Shown piece after piece: positions 14,301 to 25,734 of a stretch of 64,000 bases of DNA (position 1 is its first letter; every line of letters begins with the position of its first letter). This DNA is from Hyphochytrium catenoides. Lineage: Eukaryota > Protista > Hyphochytriomycota. Location of the stretch: NCBI GenBank assembly GCA_900088475.1, contig FLMG01004215.1, positions 1-64,000 of the forward strand, read 5' to 3'. Under the pieces are notes generated by a model. It had not been told where the DNA came from. It did not search any database and was given only the letters and a program-made list of their open reading frames with translations. A program made the translations under genes and the position numbers.

Positions 14301-15612
14301 AGAGAACGAGAGCTAGCCTAATCCAGAGTGACTTGACTCAGAAACGAGCTCATCACTGACCAGACCCATTCCTCCATATCAACTTGGCTATTGGCCTGAA
14401 GGAGCAGAGTACGTGGCGGTTTGAGGCTGATTAGCTCAAAGCAGAAGCGCTTCCCAATGTCCCTTGGAATCCGGACAGTAGCCAGCGTCAACGGCAGCTG
14501 ATAACAACGTGCAAAGTAGAGAGCGTCGTCAGGAGAGGGTAAGTAGCTCTTTAGGAGGGGGACCTGCAGGACTAACAGGGCAGCTGCTGCTATTATCCTC
14601 CTGCTGCACAGAGGCCACTAAGCTTTTCTGGAATTCCCTCCCTCTACCTCAGCCCCTTGATTCACTGTTAGTTGCCATGTTCTCGTGGTCCTAACCTCTT
14701 TTACTGTGTCATCGTCCAAGTCATCCTTGGACGTTCGCTCACTTCGATATGATAGAGTACCAGCGCCAGAGCCGTCCAAAATAAACCAGCGCTTCTTCCT
14801 GTTGACGAGAGGCGATCAGAAAGGCGCTACGAGCCGTTGATACAGAACGAATATCTGAGACTGGAAGCATAATGTGCTCTACAGCGATAGCGCTGATGAT
14901 TGACGAGACAACAGAACAGATACTACCAAATGACAGACCAGAGAGTAGAGGATGCGTGACAGAGGATGAGAAAGTGAAAGAGAAAGGTGAGCGCTGAAGA
15001 TAGGAGGCTTAAGCGGTACGAACCAGTCCTTTCTGAGGTTTGAGCTCCTTTTCAACAGAAACCCTTCCTTGTGCTGCAGAGACGCGTAGTGTAAGGCGCT
15101 TAAAAAGCTAAAGTCTGGCCAGTTTTTACGTCGAGCTCCCTTTCTAACTGGACCTTTCACGTTGTGTCCCTTTCCTTCCTGTCCTCGACCAGTGATCCGT
15201 GACGGCATATATAAACATATCCCTTTCTTGATATAATTCTTGCTACCGTCTTTGAGCTTGTTGAACTCCTCCCTGTCCAGTCCCACTCAGATTATATTTA
15301 AGCTCTTACCATCCATCCGCTGTCATCGAAAGGCTTAGTCCAGGACCTCACTCGAGAAGGTGGAGGAGGTACTGTCCGGCTATCCTCAAAGGCCTGTACA
15401 GCTTTCCTCTGACGCGACGATAAAGTAGAGCAGGAGGGAAGGAAAGTTGAGATTAGGTAGCAATGAAGGAAAGTTGCCCAGCGTGCCCTCTTTCGTAAAA
15501 CAACAGGATCCTACCGGAGAGCGAAAGCCAGGCGAAACCTCTCCCTCTCTCTCTTTATCTCTCTCTCTCTCGCTCTCTTACTCTCTCTCTCTCTCTTGCT
15601 CTATTACTCTCA

Positions 15613-15646
<34 letters not shown>

Positions 15647-18600
15647 CCATCTCCCTAGTAAAGCATTTGGCGATCCCCTACAGTCCAGCACCAAGGGTCA
15701 CTGGATACTTTCAAGGTCTTGTGNNNNNNNNNNNNNNNNNNNNNNNNNNNNNNNNNNNNNNNNNNNNNNNNNNNNNNNNNNNNNNNNNNNNNNNNNNNNN
15801 CCGGCATGCTGTTACTCTCCTCCAGTTCCACCCTTCTCCTCATCTTTCTCCACCAAATTTAATGATTGTGCTTGAAGAGTCACGCCTTTTCCCAACTGCT
15901 TCTAGAAAATAGGAGAATAGGGTGCGCTTTCTACCTTCTTCTCGGCTATGGTAGATCGCGTCTGCCGGAGGTTCTTGCTGACCGCAGCAAGGTAAGAGTC
16001 ATTGGCTTGCATGAGATTGTAGCTGGAGAGAATAGGAGAGAGGGCGGTCAGAGTTTGGGCTTTCGTTTAGGGCTATTGTCAGCCCGGTCCTAAATCCGCT
16101 ATCTGTGTCGAGGCCTGTTTACATCTTTCCTTCTATCGTTGCTTCTTACTGCTTCAACCGATAGCTATCGGCCGAAAGTTGTTACCTACCCAGTGTAAAA
16201 AAATGCCCGCTGCTGGTACATCCACGTGGTCAGGTGGTCTAGATATCTTCCGACGTCGAGCGTCAACATGTAATGAGAATTGGTAGCTTGTTAGAGAGCA
16301 AAGCTAACATGGCAAAAGAAGCGCCACAGAAGGAAGATGGAGACTTGCGTTAACAGGAGGGGGAGAGGGACTAGTCCACATATGATTGGACCAAACAGTA
16401 CTTCGAGGTGGTTAGCAATATGTGTCTTCTATGGACCCAAGACCGCCAGATCAGAGGAAAAAGAGTGACATATAGTATGGACTAAAGGATTGAGGGGCGA
16501 AGGGACGATATTCTACCGTGAGCCCGTTCTTACTCTAAATTCTTCTTGCTATCAATCTCCTGAAGCATAAGCACCGCATCCACTTTGACCACCTCCAGTG
16601 CCTACATCCCAAAGTAAAGGAATTTGGAGAGAAGGAGAGAGAGAATAAGAAAGAGAGAGAAGGAGACAGAGAGAGGGAGAGAGAGAGAGAATCACCAAGG
16701 GGGTAGAAATCGAACCCGGCAGTGAACTACAGGTGGCAATACTAGCTCATAGAGAGGTTAATGTGCTTATCGTCTTCCTGCACGTTCCCTCGATAGATTC
16801 CTTCACACACCTTATGCAGCGCCTGCAGCTCTTCTTCCGCTTCTTTGGCTCTCTGACACTCTGTCTCCTTGGGAAGCTGCAGGTAGGAGGACATAGAGGC
16901 GTCATAGCGCTCTCGAGCTCTTTCTAGCCGATGCTTGCATCCTTTTGCTTCCTTGATTTCTACGTCCAGCAGCCGGCGGAGATCGTTAAAGAAGCTTTGC
17001 TGCAGTTGAGTCAAACGCACCTGAGAAAGGGTAACAGAGGCACCAGTAGAAAGTGAACAGAAAGAGGTAGACAGGTGAGTCCCAAGTGAGATCGGCAGTA
17101 AAAGCCCACGGAGACGGAGGAAGAAAAAGGGGTTCTGAGGCGAGACAAGGGGGTCGGGCAAAGGGAAGTGCCGCTTACCCTGGTCATTTCACCTTAGGGT
17201 ATTTCCTTTACCTCCCTCTCTTTCCTCCACAAGACCCCATTCACCTACTGACAATGATGCTCTCTCCTACAATCCTTCATCTCTCTTCCTTCATCTCTGG
17301 TAATGGTAGGCTCCCTATCATGCTTGAAGACGAGGAAGTCGGAGGACGGAGCAGCAGAGATAACTAGAGCCCCAACGTGTCCGCCTCTTACCTCCTCCAA
17401 CGTAAGGTGACTACGAAAGCAGTGCACCAACTTCCTGACTCCGCATTCAAACCCAGTGAGTGCGCCATCACCATCAGAAGGCGGAGAGACTCTGACGAGA
17501 GTATCCGCCAGCTCTCGACCACAGGAAATGGACTGAAGAGAAGATCGAAGATACCTGGAAGTCACCTCGGCCAACTTCTTCATATTCTCCTAAGGGATCG
17601 TATATGGAAAAGGGACATAGCCACCGTAGGATTAGATAGGAGGCAAAGTTTGAGGCGGAGCAGAGCATCCCGGAAAAGATAGAGGCGAGAGCAATATCTT
17701 GAACCAAAAAAAAGAAAGGAGAGAGAGAGAGAGAGAGCAAGAGAGAAAGAAAGAGAGAGAGAGAGAGAGCGAGACGGAGACGCTGAAGAGGGGACTTGAC
17801 GGTCCCGAAAGCGGATCAAAACAGATCTAGACGGTGACGCTCAACGCTTATTCGACGGAAGGACTGGTAGAGGACAAATATACCTGTAGATGTTCTATGC
17901 GGACTTCCAACCTGGTCAGCTCCTTCTTAAGGGTAGGAGAGTCATCCTCAAGAAGAGAGAGAAGAAATCTATTCTCCTCACGTGCAATCTTCTTTAATGT
18001 CTCGCTGTGGAAACTGTCAGATGACAAGAGCCGGTCTGTATGACTCTCGCATCGTTCTCTGGAAAAGCCTTCTTCCAGAGACCCATGGATTGACACGTCA
18101 ACTTCTTTCTCTGTATCTCCTTCCTTATCTGATCGATCTGCTTCTATTGAAGCACGCCTTTGAACCTTTGCCATCGCAGGCTGATTCAAGAGAGAAGACG
18201 AGAGGAGGCTTTTGCGTCCTTCATAGTTATCTGATGTGTTATGTGCTGCGTTATTGATCTCCTTCATCATCCTCCACTTCACCTGAGTGGCGAAAAAGGG
18301 TTGAGAAGAATCTTAGGGAGAGGCAGGAGGCAGCTACAAGCGCACTATACATAGCGGGCAGAAAGGTTACGCCCCCAAAGGCCAATATAAAGCAAGTGGT
18401 AATCACTCAGAGGTCAACATTGGTAGGCAGAGAAAATAGAGATCAAGTGCCAGATAGAGGAGGAAAAGAAACGAGGATTGAGGAAAGTAGCACTTGGTAC
18501 AAAGCCACAAAGAGACTAAACCGAGCGAGACGGAGGCCAGAATCAGATCATAATGAGAGTGGCGATGAGATCATGGAACAAGAGTGAGGGGGTATATGGG

Positions 18601-19699
18601 TAGACCTGCGCGAAGCTCGAGGCACAGATAGTTAAGGAAAGCCAAAGAGAAAGGAGAAGGGACTATGAAGAACAAGAAAACCTGGTAAGCACGAGACGCA
18701 CCTCAGCTTTGAACAATTCGTTGTAGCCGTAAAGATTAGCAGCATGGTCATCCCTCTTCACAGACTGAGCCTCAAAAGGCTCCCGACAGCAGGCATGCTG
18801 AGATAGAGCGAAGAGCCACTGCTGGCGATCTTGGACGCTCTTAGCCTGGATGTAAGCGTCCCATCTGTGAAAGCATCAAAGAGAGCAAAGCCCTTGGTTC
18901 AGCCTTTGTGCTGCTCACATCCCCCTATCCCCACCTATTGGTATCGTCATGATCTTCCTCCGACTGTTCCCACTCCATCTCGCACTGTTTCTCTTGGCTT
19001 CGTTATCTCTGCATATTAAGGGTTACCTTTTGGTCGCATGTGTGGCTTTCATCAGTATCCAGCAATCCCCGTCTAGATCGTCGGTAGGCTAGAAGACTGT
19101 TGTTAGCAGTGAATATGACTTATTTGTGGACGCAGCTGCAAATTGGGAACCCATTTTTGGCCTTTCAAGTCTGACTCTCCCGTTGGGACGAAGAGGGCTC
19201 CCCACATAAAACAAGACGGAGAGATGACAAAGGTACCGCAGAAATGGTCCAAGTAATACCTCTTAGAATTAGGATGAGGGCAGGTAATAAGGACGTCTAA
19301 CCTCAACGACCATTCCGCGCAAGAGAATAGCGCCACAAAGTGCGGGATCCTCTGGGCTCCGAAAGATATACAGCAGGTCCTTCTGCAGAACCCATTATCG
19401 TTAGCGCTGTCGCTTGTACACTTCATGACGTAGCTCCGGCGACTGTTTACCTGAAGAGCACACCAGTAAGCGCTGCTGCAGTCGCCTGGACGACTGCGGT
19501 AGTTTAGCCAACCACACCGGTCGTTACTTTTTATGACCCCGGTAGCATTTGCTTCAAGTTGGCAGCCATTCCAGAGCAAAGCCGTCTCCGCTAGATTACC
19601 CCCATCACCCTTCAGCACCATTCCGTCCTCGCTGGCGGGATGAGGTTGAGGAGATGTAACCGGATGCACGGGCTCTGGGCTGCGAATGGACATTGCCAT
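11304..19699 (-). CDS. ACAP/ASAP-like ArfGAP with PH-BAR-PH-ArfGAP-ankyrin-SH3 architecture, multi-exon
   Basis: ArfGAP Zn finger [48 protein letters not shown] and REEWIKAKY; BAR start EDDSPTLKKEL; PH KEGFLLKRSSNLRKDW|KKRWF; ankyrin RTPLHEAAEG; SH3 ALFDFSGTEEEDLSFLAG..WWEGECNGVRGLFPANY. The start codon (19699) is tentative. Confidence 0.88.
15539..15648. repeat. (CT)n microsatellite in ArfGAP intron
   Basis: Visible ctctct run. Confidence 0.9.
15724..15800. other. Assembly gap (N run)
   Basis: Run of n characters inside the ArfGAP gene. Confidence 0.99.
17718..17770. repeat. (GA)n microsatellite in ArfGAP intron
   Basis: Visible gagaga run. Confidence 0.88.
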
Positions 19700-20555
19700 C
19701 ACTACCTCTTTTGACTTCACTGCTCGCGCGACTTCATAGCTTAGATATCCGGCTAGATGGAGGTCGAAGATGAAGATTTTGTTGGATCAAAAGCTCCTCA
19801 GAGGACGAGCCAACCTGATTCAGAGGCGAGTGAAGGAATTAGCACTTCTAAGTAAATGTTAGGGAAGAGTGGCGCGGCACCCCTGAGCATGTCCTGCAGC
19901 GTTGACATCACGAAAATAAGGCGGTTACCGGTCGATATCTCAGGAAGGGGTTACAAGGCCTTCAGAATCAAAGATCTGATAATCATCACTGGAGTTATTT
20001 AGAGACACTTCCCCAGGGAAGGGAAGCCCCATGATTAGACTGTATAATGGCATAAAGATGTCCATATTTACAATAAAGTGACTATGTTCTATGTTCGCCC
20101 ATGGGGGTCCTCTCAGGACATCCTCTCCCTGGACCGCTCGTTTGTCAGTGATGGAACTTCGAAAGCGACTGTACCCAATAGAACTCAATGGAGATGTAAG
20201 ATGTAATAGGGGAATACAGGGACTAAAGGAGGAAGAGTGAGGGCAGAGACAGAGGGATGAGTGTAGGACTATTGAGAGGGCAAATGGGAAGGTGAGAGAA
20301 ACAGAGTGTGCGAGACAGAGTGAGGGAATCCTCGAAAGATCCATCGCTGTGTTCATTGGCCTCGCTCTGCCTCGGTCCGGAAGGGCTTCTATCCCATGAA
20401 GCAGCCACCGCCATCTCGCGCCAAACATCTGCAGTTATCTGAGAGAGTTCAGCAGCAATCATCAGCCAGAAACACAGACGGAGCATCCGTACAATAGATT
20501 AGGCAGGCCATCAGTGCCTTATATTCAATTAGACGTCTCGTCATCGGTCTGAGCC

Positions 20556-22178
20556 ATGGCAGCTGTTCGCAACGTGAACTCAGGCGCCGAAATTGTTGGC
20601 AAGCGCCAGGCTCTTCTGGTCAATGTCGGCGCTGCAAAGGGCCTGCAGGGCGTACTTCGCTCCAACCTTGGGCCTCGGGGGACCCTCAAGATGCTTGTAG
20701 GTGGAGCTGGTCAGATCAAGCTGACGAAGGATGGTAGCGTCTTGCTCAGTGAGATGCAAATTCAGCATCCTACTGCCATGCTTATCGCCCGCACAGCCAC
20801 AGCACAGGACGATATTACCGGCGATGGCACGACATCGGTTGTTCTCTTCACTGGTGAGCTGCTAAAGCAGGCAGAGAGATTTCTCGGTGAGGGCCTTCAT
20901 CCACGGATACTGGCTGAGGGCTTCGATATCGCTCGGGACATTGTACTGGAATTCTTGGACGAGTTCCGTGTTACAAAGACAGAAATAACACAAGACAGGG
21001 AGCTGCTCCACTCTGTGGCAAGTACCTCTTTGAGGACAAAGCTATCACTAGAGCTTGCAGATCAATTCACAGACATTGTAACGGATGCTCTTCTGACCAT
21101 CGTCAGACCGCAGCAGCCTATTGACCTTTTTATGGTTGAGATCATGCACATGATCCATCAAACAGCCACGGACTCCAGACTGGTGAAAGGGTTAGTGCTA
21201 GACCATGGTGCAAGACATCCAGACATGCCTCCAGAGCTCCATAATTGCTACATTATGATTGCGAACGTTTCCCTAGAGTACGAGAAAAGTGAGATCCAGT
21301 CAACGTTTAACTACAGCAGCGCGCAGGAGAGAGAACGGATGGTCGAGGCAGAGAGGCGCTTTACGGATGAGAAGGTTCGACAAATTATTGAGCTGAAGCG
21401 TCAGGTCTGCATCCCAGAGAATGGCAAGAGTTTTGTGCTCATCAACCAGAAGGGTATTGATCCGCTCTCATTGGATATGCTGGCCAAGGAAGGTATCCTG
21501 GCACTGCGTAGAGCAAAGAGGCGCAACATGGAGCGCCTCGCGCTTAGCTGTGGCGGCGTAGCAGTGAATAGTACAGAAGATCTCACTCCTGACGTTCTGG
21601 GATACGCGGGCCATGTGTACGAGCAGATCTTGGGAGAAGAGCGATACACCTTTGTGGAGGACGTCGAGAACCCGTTCTCGTGCACAATTCTCGTGAAAGG
21701 ACCCAACGAGCACACGATCAATCAGATCAAGGATGCCGTCCGTGACGGACTGCGCGCTGTAAAGAATGCAGTTGAAGATAAAGCCGTTATTCCTGGCGGT
21801 GGGGCTTTCGAGGTTGCAGCGCACTCCCGGCTGATGAAGCGAAAGGATAGTGTAAAGGGCAGGGCAAAACTTGGTGTACAGGCGTTTGCAGACGCGCTTT
21901 TGGTTATTCCAAAGACATTGGCTGAGAACTCTGGGTTTGATGTGCAAGAATCGCTTATCAAACTGCAAGAGGAGCATGAGAATAGCGGCCAAGCGGTAGG
22001 ATTGGATCTTGTGACAGGTGATGTGATGCTCCCAGCTGAAGTGGGTATTTGGGATAACTATAGAGTCAAGCGACAGTTCCTTCATCTGAGCACTGTGCTG
22101 GCCAATCAGCTGCTCTTAGTGGATGAGGTGATGAGGGCAGGCAAGCCTATGGGAGGTGGTAAGATTGACAACGAATAA
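20556..22178 (+). CDS. CCT6: T-complex protein 1 subunit zeta (CCT6), intronless
   Basis: Single 540-aa ORF containing [55 protein letters not shown] and [13 protein letters not shown]. Confidence 0.98.
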   Translation: MAAVRNVNSGAEIVGKRQALLVNVGAAKGLQGVLRSNLGPRGTLKMLVGGAGQIKLTKDGSVLLSEMQIQHPTAMLIARTATAQDDITGDGTTSVVLFTGELLKQAERFLGEGLHPRILAEGFDIARDIVLEFLDEFRVTKTEITQDRELLHSVASTSLRTKLSLELADQFTDIVTDALLTIVRPQQPIDLFMVEIMHMIHQTATDSRLVKGLVLDHGARHPDMPPELHNCYIMIANVSLEYEKSEIQSTFNYSSAQERERMVEAERRFTDEKVRQIIELKRQVCIPENGKSFVLINQKGIDPLSLDMLAKEGILALRRAKRRNMERLALSCGGVAVNSTEDLTPDVLGYAGHVYEQILGEERYTFVEDVENPFSCTILVKGPNEHTINQIKDAVRDGLRAVKNAVEDKAVIPGGGAFEVAAHSRLMKRKDSVKGRAKLGVQAFADALLVIPKTLAENSGFDVQESLIKLQEEHENSGQAVGLDLVTGDVMLPAEVGIWDNYRVKRQFLHLSTVLANQLLLVDEVMRAGKPMGGGKIDNE

Positions 22179-22929
22179 GCTCCGCACAATAGCCTTTTAG
22201 AACTTCTGCAGCATTGTTTGCTCTAAGATATCAATGGACTTTCGTTTCGAACTATACGCGAGCTACTTCACTCGTGAAGGTTGGATACCGCTTAATAGTG
22301 GCCAAAAAGCATAACTAAGCGTGGTGTGTGTGAAAGAAGGAAGGGGCCATGCCAAGAATAGTCCAAGAAGAGTATACGAGAGCACCCCAAAGGCCACGAT
22401 AGCAGATTGAGCTTCATAGAATCGTAAGCAAGGTGTGAAGGGACGGGTGCCGTTGCCGAGGAACGCACTTTCAATCGTTCGGGTTGCCTCCAGTCAAAAA
22501 AAAGGTCCAGACAGCCAGAGCTATCTTCCCAAAAAAATAAACTGGAGCTCCATCGACCTTTGCAACGTGTTGGGTGGTTGACCGAAGCGAACAAGCAGGA
22601 GGAAAACAAGGAGTGAAACTCATAGGCAAAGGATAAATATTGTAGGCGTCTCAACCAGTAAGGGCTTAGTTAACAGAAACGCAACCCGATCACTACATTC
22701 TCCTATGACTGTACAATCTCCCCAGCGGCGAATGGCCATCAGCTAGTTGGAGTACCGAGGGGACTTGCCTTCTCCATGGAGTGTTGGAAGTACATCTTAA
22801 GACAGTGCTTTCTGGGTGATCTTTGGGCCATAAAGCATCCTTGAATGGTCCTCCTGTGACAGAAATCTGAATTGGCTGGATTGAGTTGAACTGTATTAGA
22901 GAAGACTACCTTACCTCGCTCTGTGCAAT

Positions 22930-23082
22930 TTACTTATCCTGCTTGTTGTAGGTGGCGTAAAACTCCTCAAGCTTCTTTTTCTCCGACTTATGGTATGATC
23001 GCCATACCATACAAGAGGCCACACCAGCAATTGAGGCTGCGACAAGCTCCCTGATGGCTATTTGTGCTTGAGCTCCCTTCAT
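22930..23082 (-). CDS. Cytochrome c oxidase small subunit, COX6C/Cox9/plant COX5C-like (50 aa)
   Basis: MKGAQAQIAIRELVAASIAGVASCMVWRSYHKSEKKKLEEFYATYNKQDK*: one transmembrane segment followed by WxxYH..KxxxFY, as in plant COX5C (KELIIG..WKMHH..RKTRTFY) and yeast Cox9. It falls below the ORF-track size cutoff. Confidence 0.75.
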   Translation of the reverse strand: MKGAQAQIAIRELVAASIAGVASCMVWRSYHKSEKKKLEEFYATYNKQDK

Positions 23083-23753
23083 CTTGAAAAGAATGCGTGC
23101 TCTAGGGTCCTCGTACGCCCTTGATCTGTTCCAACTGACTATCTGGAGTCTTCACGAAGCTTTAAATGAGTTGTGCAAAGCCGCAATAATCTCTGTCATG
23201 AAAGCTGCACCATCAGGTAAACAAGAGCACAGCAACCGTGTTTTGTGCTGTCTTTGTCCCCTGACTAAAGACTCCACCATAATCCAGAATAGCAATCCTA
23301 AAAGAAAGCCTTATTTATGATTTGATCTTCAAGGTTCAGAAAGCAGAGTAGCCCTTTACCGGCTATCTATAGCCTTGAAAATCAATGACGACGGGAAGGA
23401 CCACCAGCCTTGGGCAAAGGAACAAGTCAGTGAAAGATTTCGCATTTATTTGAAGGTTTCATTTAACCGTTAACGGTGATCTCGAAAGGTCACACATCAT
23501 AACCTTTTTGGCGATAATGAAGCTTCACTCAGAGCTTCTTCGGTCCGGTTTCTGATCTCTGTCTTATAGAACTTGGAATAGGTCTTAGTTGTCACCTCAT
23601 AGTAGAGCTCGAGAGCGTCGAGACTGAGCAACTATGTGCTTGATAATGGGGAGCCGGGTAGTGGAGGAAGGCAGATTCTGGTAGTAGTCCTGGCATATTT
23701 ACACTTCTTGTCAAGGCATTGGAGGAGAGGGCAGTAGAGAGACGCGGTCCAGA

Positions 23754-25571
23754 ATGGAGGTGCTACGAAGCTTGCTAGTCCGAGGTGCGGATGAACGCGC
23801 CAAACTTGCTTCTTGTTGTAGTTCTTACTCATCGCATGCGATGCCTTGGGCCTTAGATAAGAAAGGTGGGCAATCTGCCGGGAAAGAAACAACAGAACAG
23901 GCTGGCTTTGAGCCTATCAAGAGTATCGTCGACTTCTCAACAGGTACTCTTTAGCGGCTCATGTAGATTCTCCTCTCCACTAAGGGTGTACCTGCGGCAG
24001 TTGACCAGATGGAGCCGTACTACAAGGAACTGCTGAAGCACCATGCCCCAGACACTGTCACGGTCGGCAAGGCCCTGAGCCAGAAGGAAAGGTCCTCATA
24101 GTCTGACAGCCAAAGACAGGTTTATAAATCTGCTTACAATGTTGCCGTTATAAAGACAAGAGAAGCAACTGTCACATCCCGACCTAGCTTACGGAGAGAT
24201 AACCTATCGCTCCTTTGGCTTCTTACTGCAGTTGGTAAGTGGTGCTTTCTAACGTAGTACATAGATGGAGCCACTGAATATGGGAACAGATCAAAGAGAA
24301 GCACGGAGGAATGCAGAAATCAGGAGGAACGTTCTACGACCTTGGCTCAGGACTGGGTAACGTGGTATGAACTCCTTCTGACAGCGCTAGCCCGTCGCCC
24401 CTGCTAGTGAACTACTATCTTGCTGAAGATCATGTTCCTGGCCGCTGGTGGTGAGCTAGTGCTAGGCTTCCTTCTGGAGTGCAGCGACTATGTTTCGTTC
24501 TGGTTGCTATAGCTTCTTCTTAGGTACTGCCTTCTGCCTGGGTCTCCTTTGACTCATCGGTAAAGACGTTAATGCTCAGCTTATCTTTCTGGCGGCTCTT
24601 TCGTGCTTTCCATCACTTATCCTAGTATATATCGGTGTCTCTTGGGCATAGGTGTTCGCTGCAGCTCTATTGCATGACTTTCGAAAATGCATTGGCATTG
24701 AGATTCTGGAGCGCCTGATCCATGAGGCGAGGCTGACGCTAAATAAGTACCGCATGGAGGTGCGGCCTGCGCGATCTTGCCATTGTTCTGGGTCTCCCAT
24801 CCTTCGTCTGTCCCTTCGTCTCAAGACCTCTCTTCCACCTTTCCTCTTCTTCGCGGGCTGTACCACCTTGTGCTTCATCCTCCTTCGGGCTGTATTTCAC
24901 CTCGTGTTTGCCCTTCCTCCTCTCACTGTCATCGTTTCTACCTCTATTCGCCTGCTTTTTGCCTCTGTAACCCTCAGGTTCTCAAGAAGCTTGGGGCGCG
25001 AAAAACAGGTAGGACGGGATGGGTACTTCTCTCCCCCAGCACTACATTGCATCATCTTCCACTCATCCTCCTATTGGGTTTACTTAGACCTGCGCTTTGA
25101 TAAGGACGATATTTTTGAAAATACCTCGTGGAGGGATGCCTCTCTTTTATATATAAACGCGGCCAGCTTCTCCGAGGAGGTGAGCAGCGCATGTTGCAGA
25201 GTTTACATTCCTTTCTCCTTCGTAATGTTTCCTTCTGCACCACGCTATGGGCGATAGTAAATCTTTGCATTCTTCTTATTTCCAAATGATTCACCACCTT
25301 CTTTGCCTTAAAACGTCTAGAACTTTGCGCGGCTTGAGCAGGCAGCAGGTGAGCTGTCCTTTCACAGAGTCATTGTGGCAGTGTGCCAATCCCGTTCATG
25401 ATCTCCTCCTCTTCTGATCGACACCGATTTCTGGCAGAGCTGCTAGCCAAGGGCACGGTCGTTATCACAGTAGGCAAAAAGTTCCAGAAGGACTTCGATC
25501 AGATCGAGAGACTCAGGCTGCAGATGAGTTGGGGCTTCGCCTCCGTTTACCTCTTGCGTAAAAAGCGGTAG
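23754..25571 (+). CDS. DOT1-domain-like class I SAM-dependent methyltransferase, multi-exon
   Basis: Spliced product: GKALSQKER|QEKQLSHPDLAYGEITY..GGTFYDLGSGLGNV|VFAAALLHDFRKCIGIEIL..DDIFENTSWRDASLLYINAASF..MSWGFASVYLLRK. It contains YGE, motif I DLGSGxG and GIEI. The substrate is unknown. Confidence 0.8.
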
Positions 25572-25734
25572 AACCATTTGGGGCTTGGGTCACCAGAGTG
25601 CGGAGTCATATTGGCTTTACCCGTAATGAACATTGTCAGGGCTGAAGAACGGGCCTCACCTGGACAGTGATGACCTGTAGAATGCAATGGGGCCTCTGTC
25701 CGGGGAGCATAGTCTTCGAAGGTCTGTTATCAAG

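Noticed and set aside
16701-16721. GGTTCGATT T-loop-like motif on the minus strand
   Set aside because: There is no paired T-stem or cloverleaf, so it is not a tRNA.
21401-22085. Antisense ORFs over CCT6
   Set aside because: Shadow frames of a real gene with no independent motifs.
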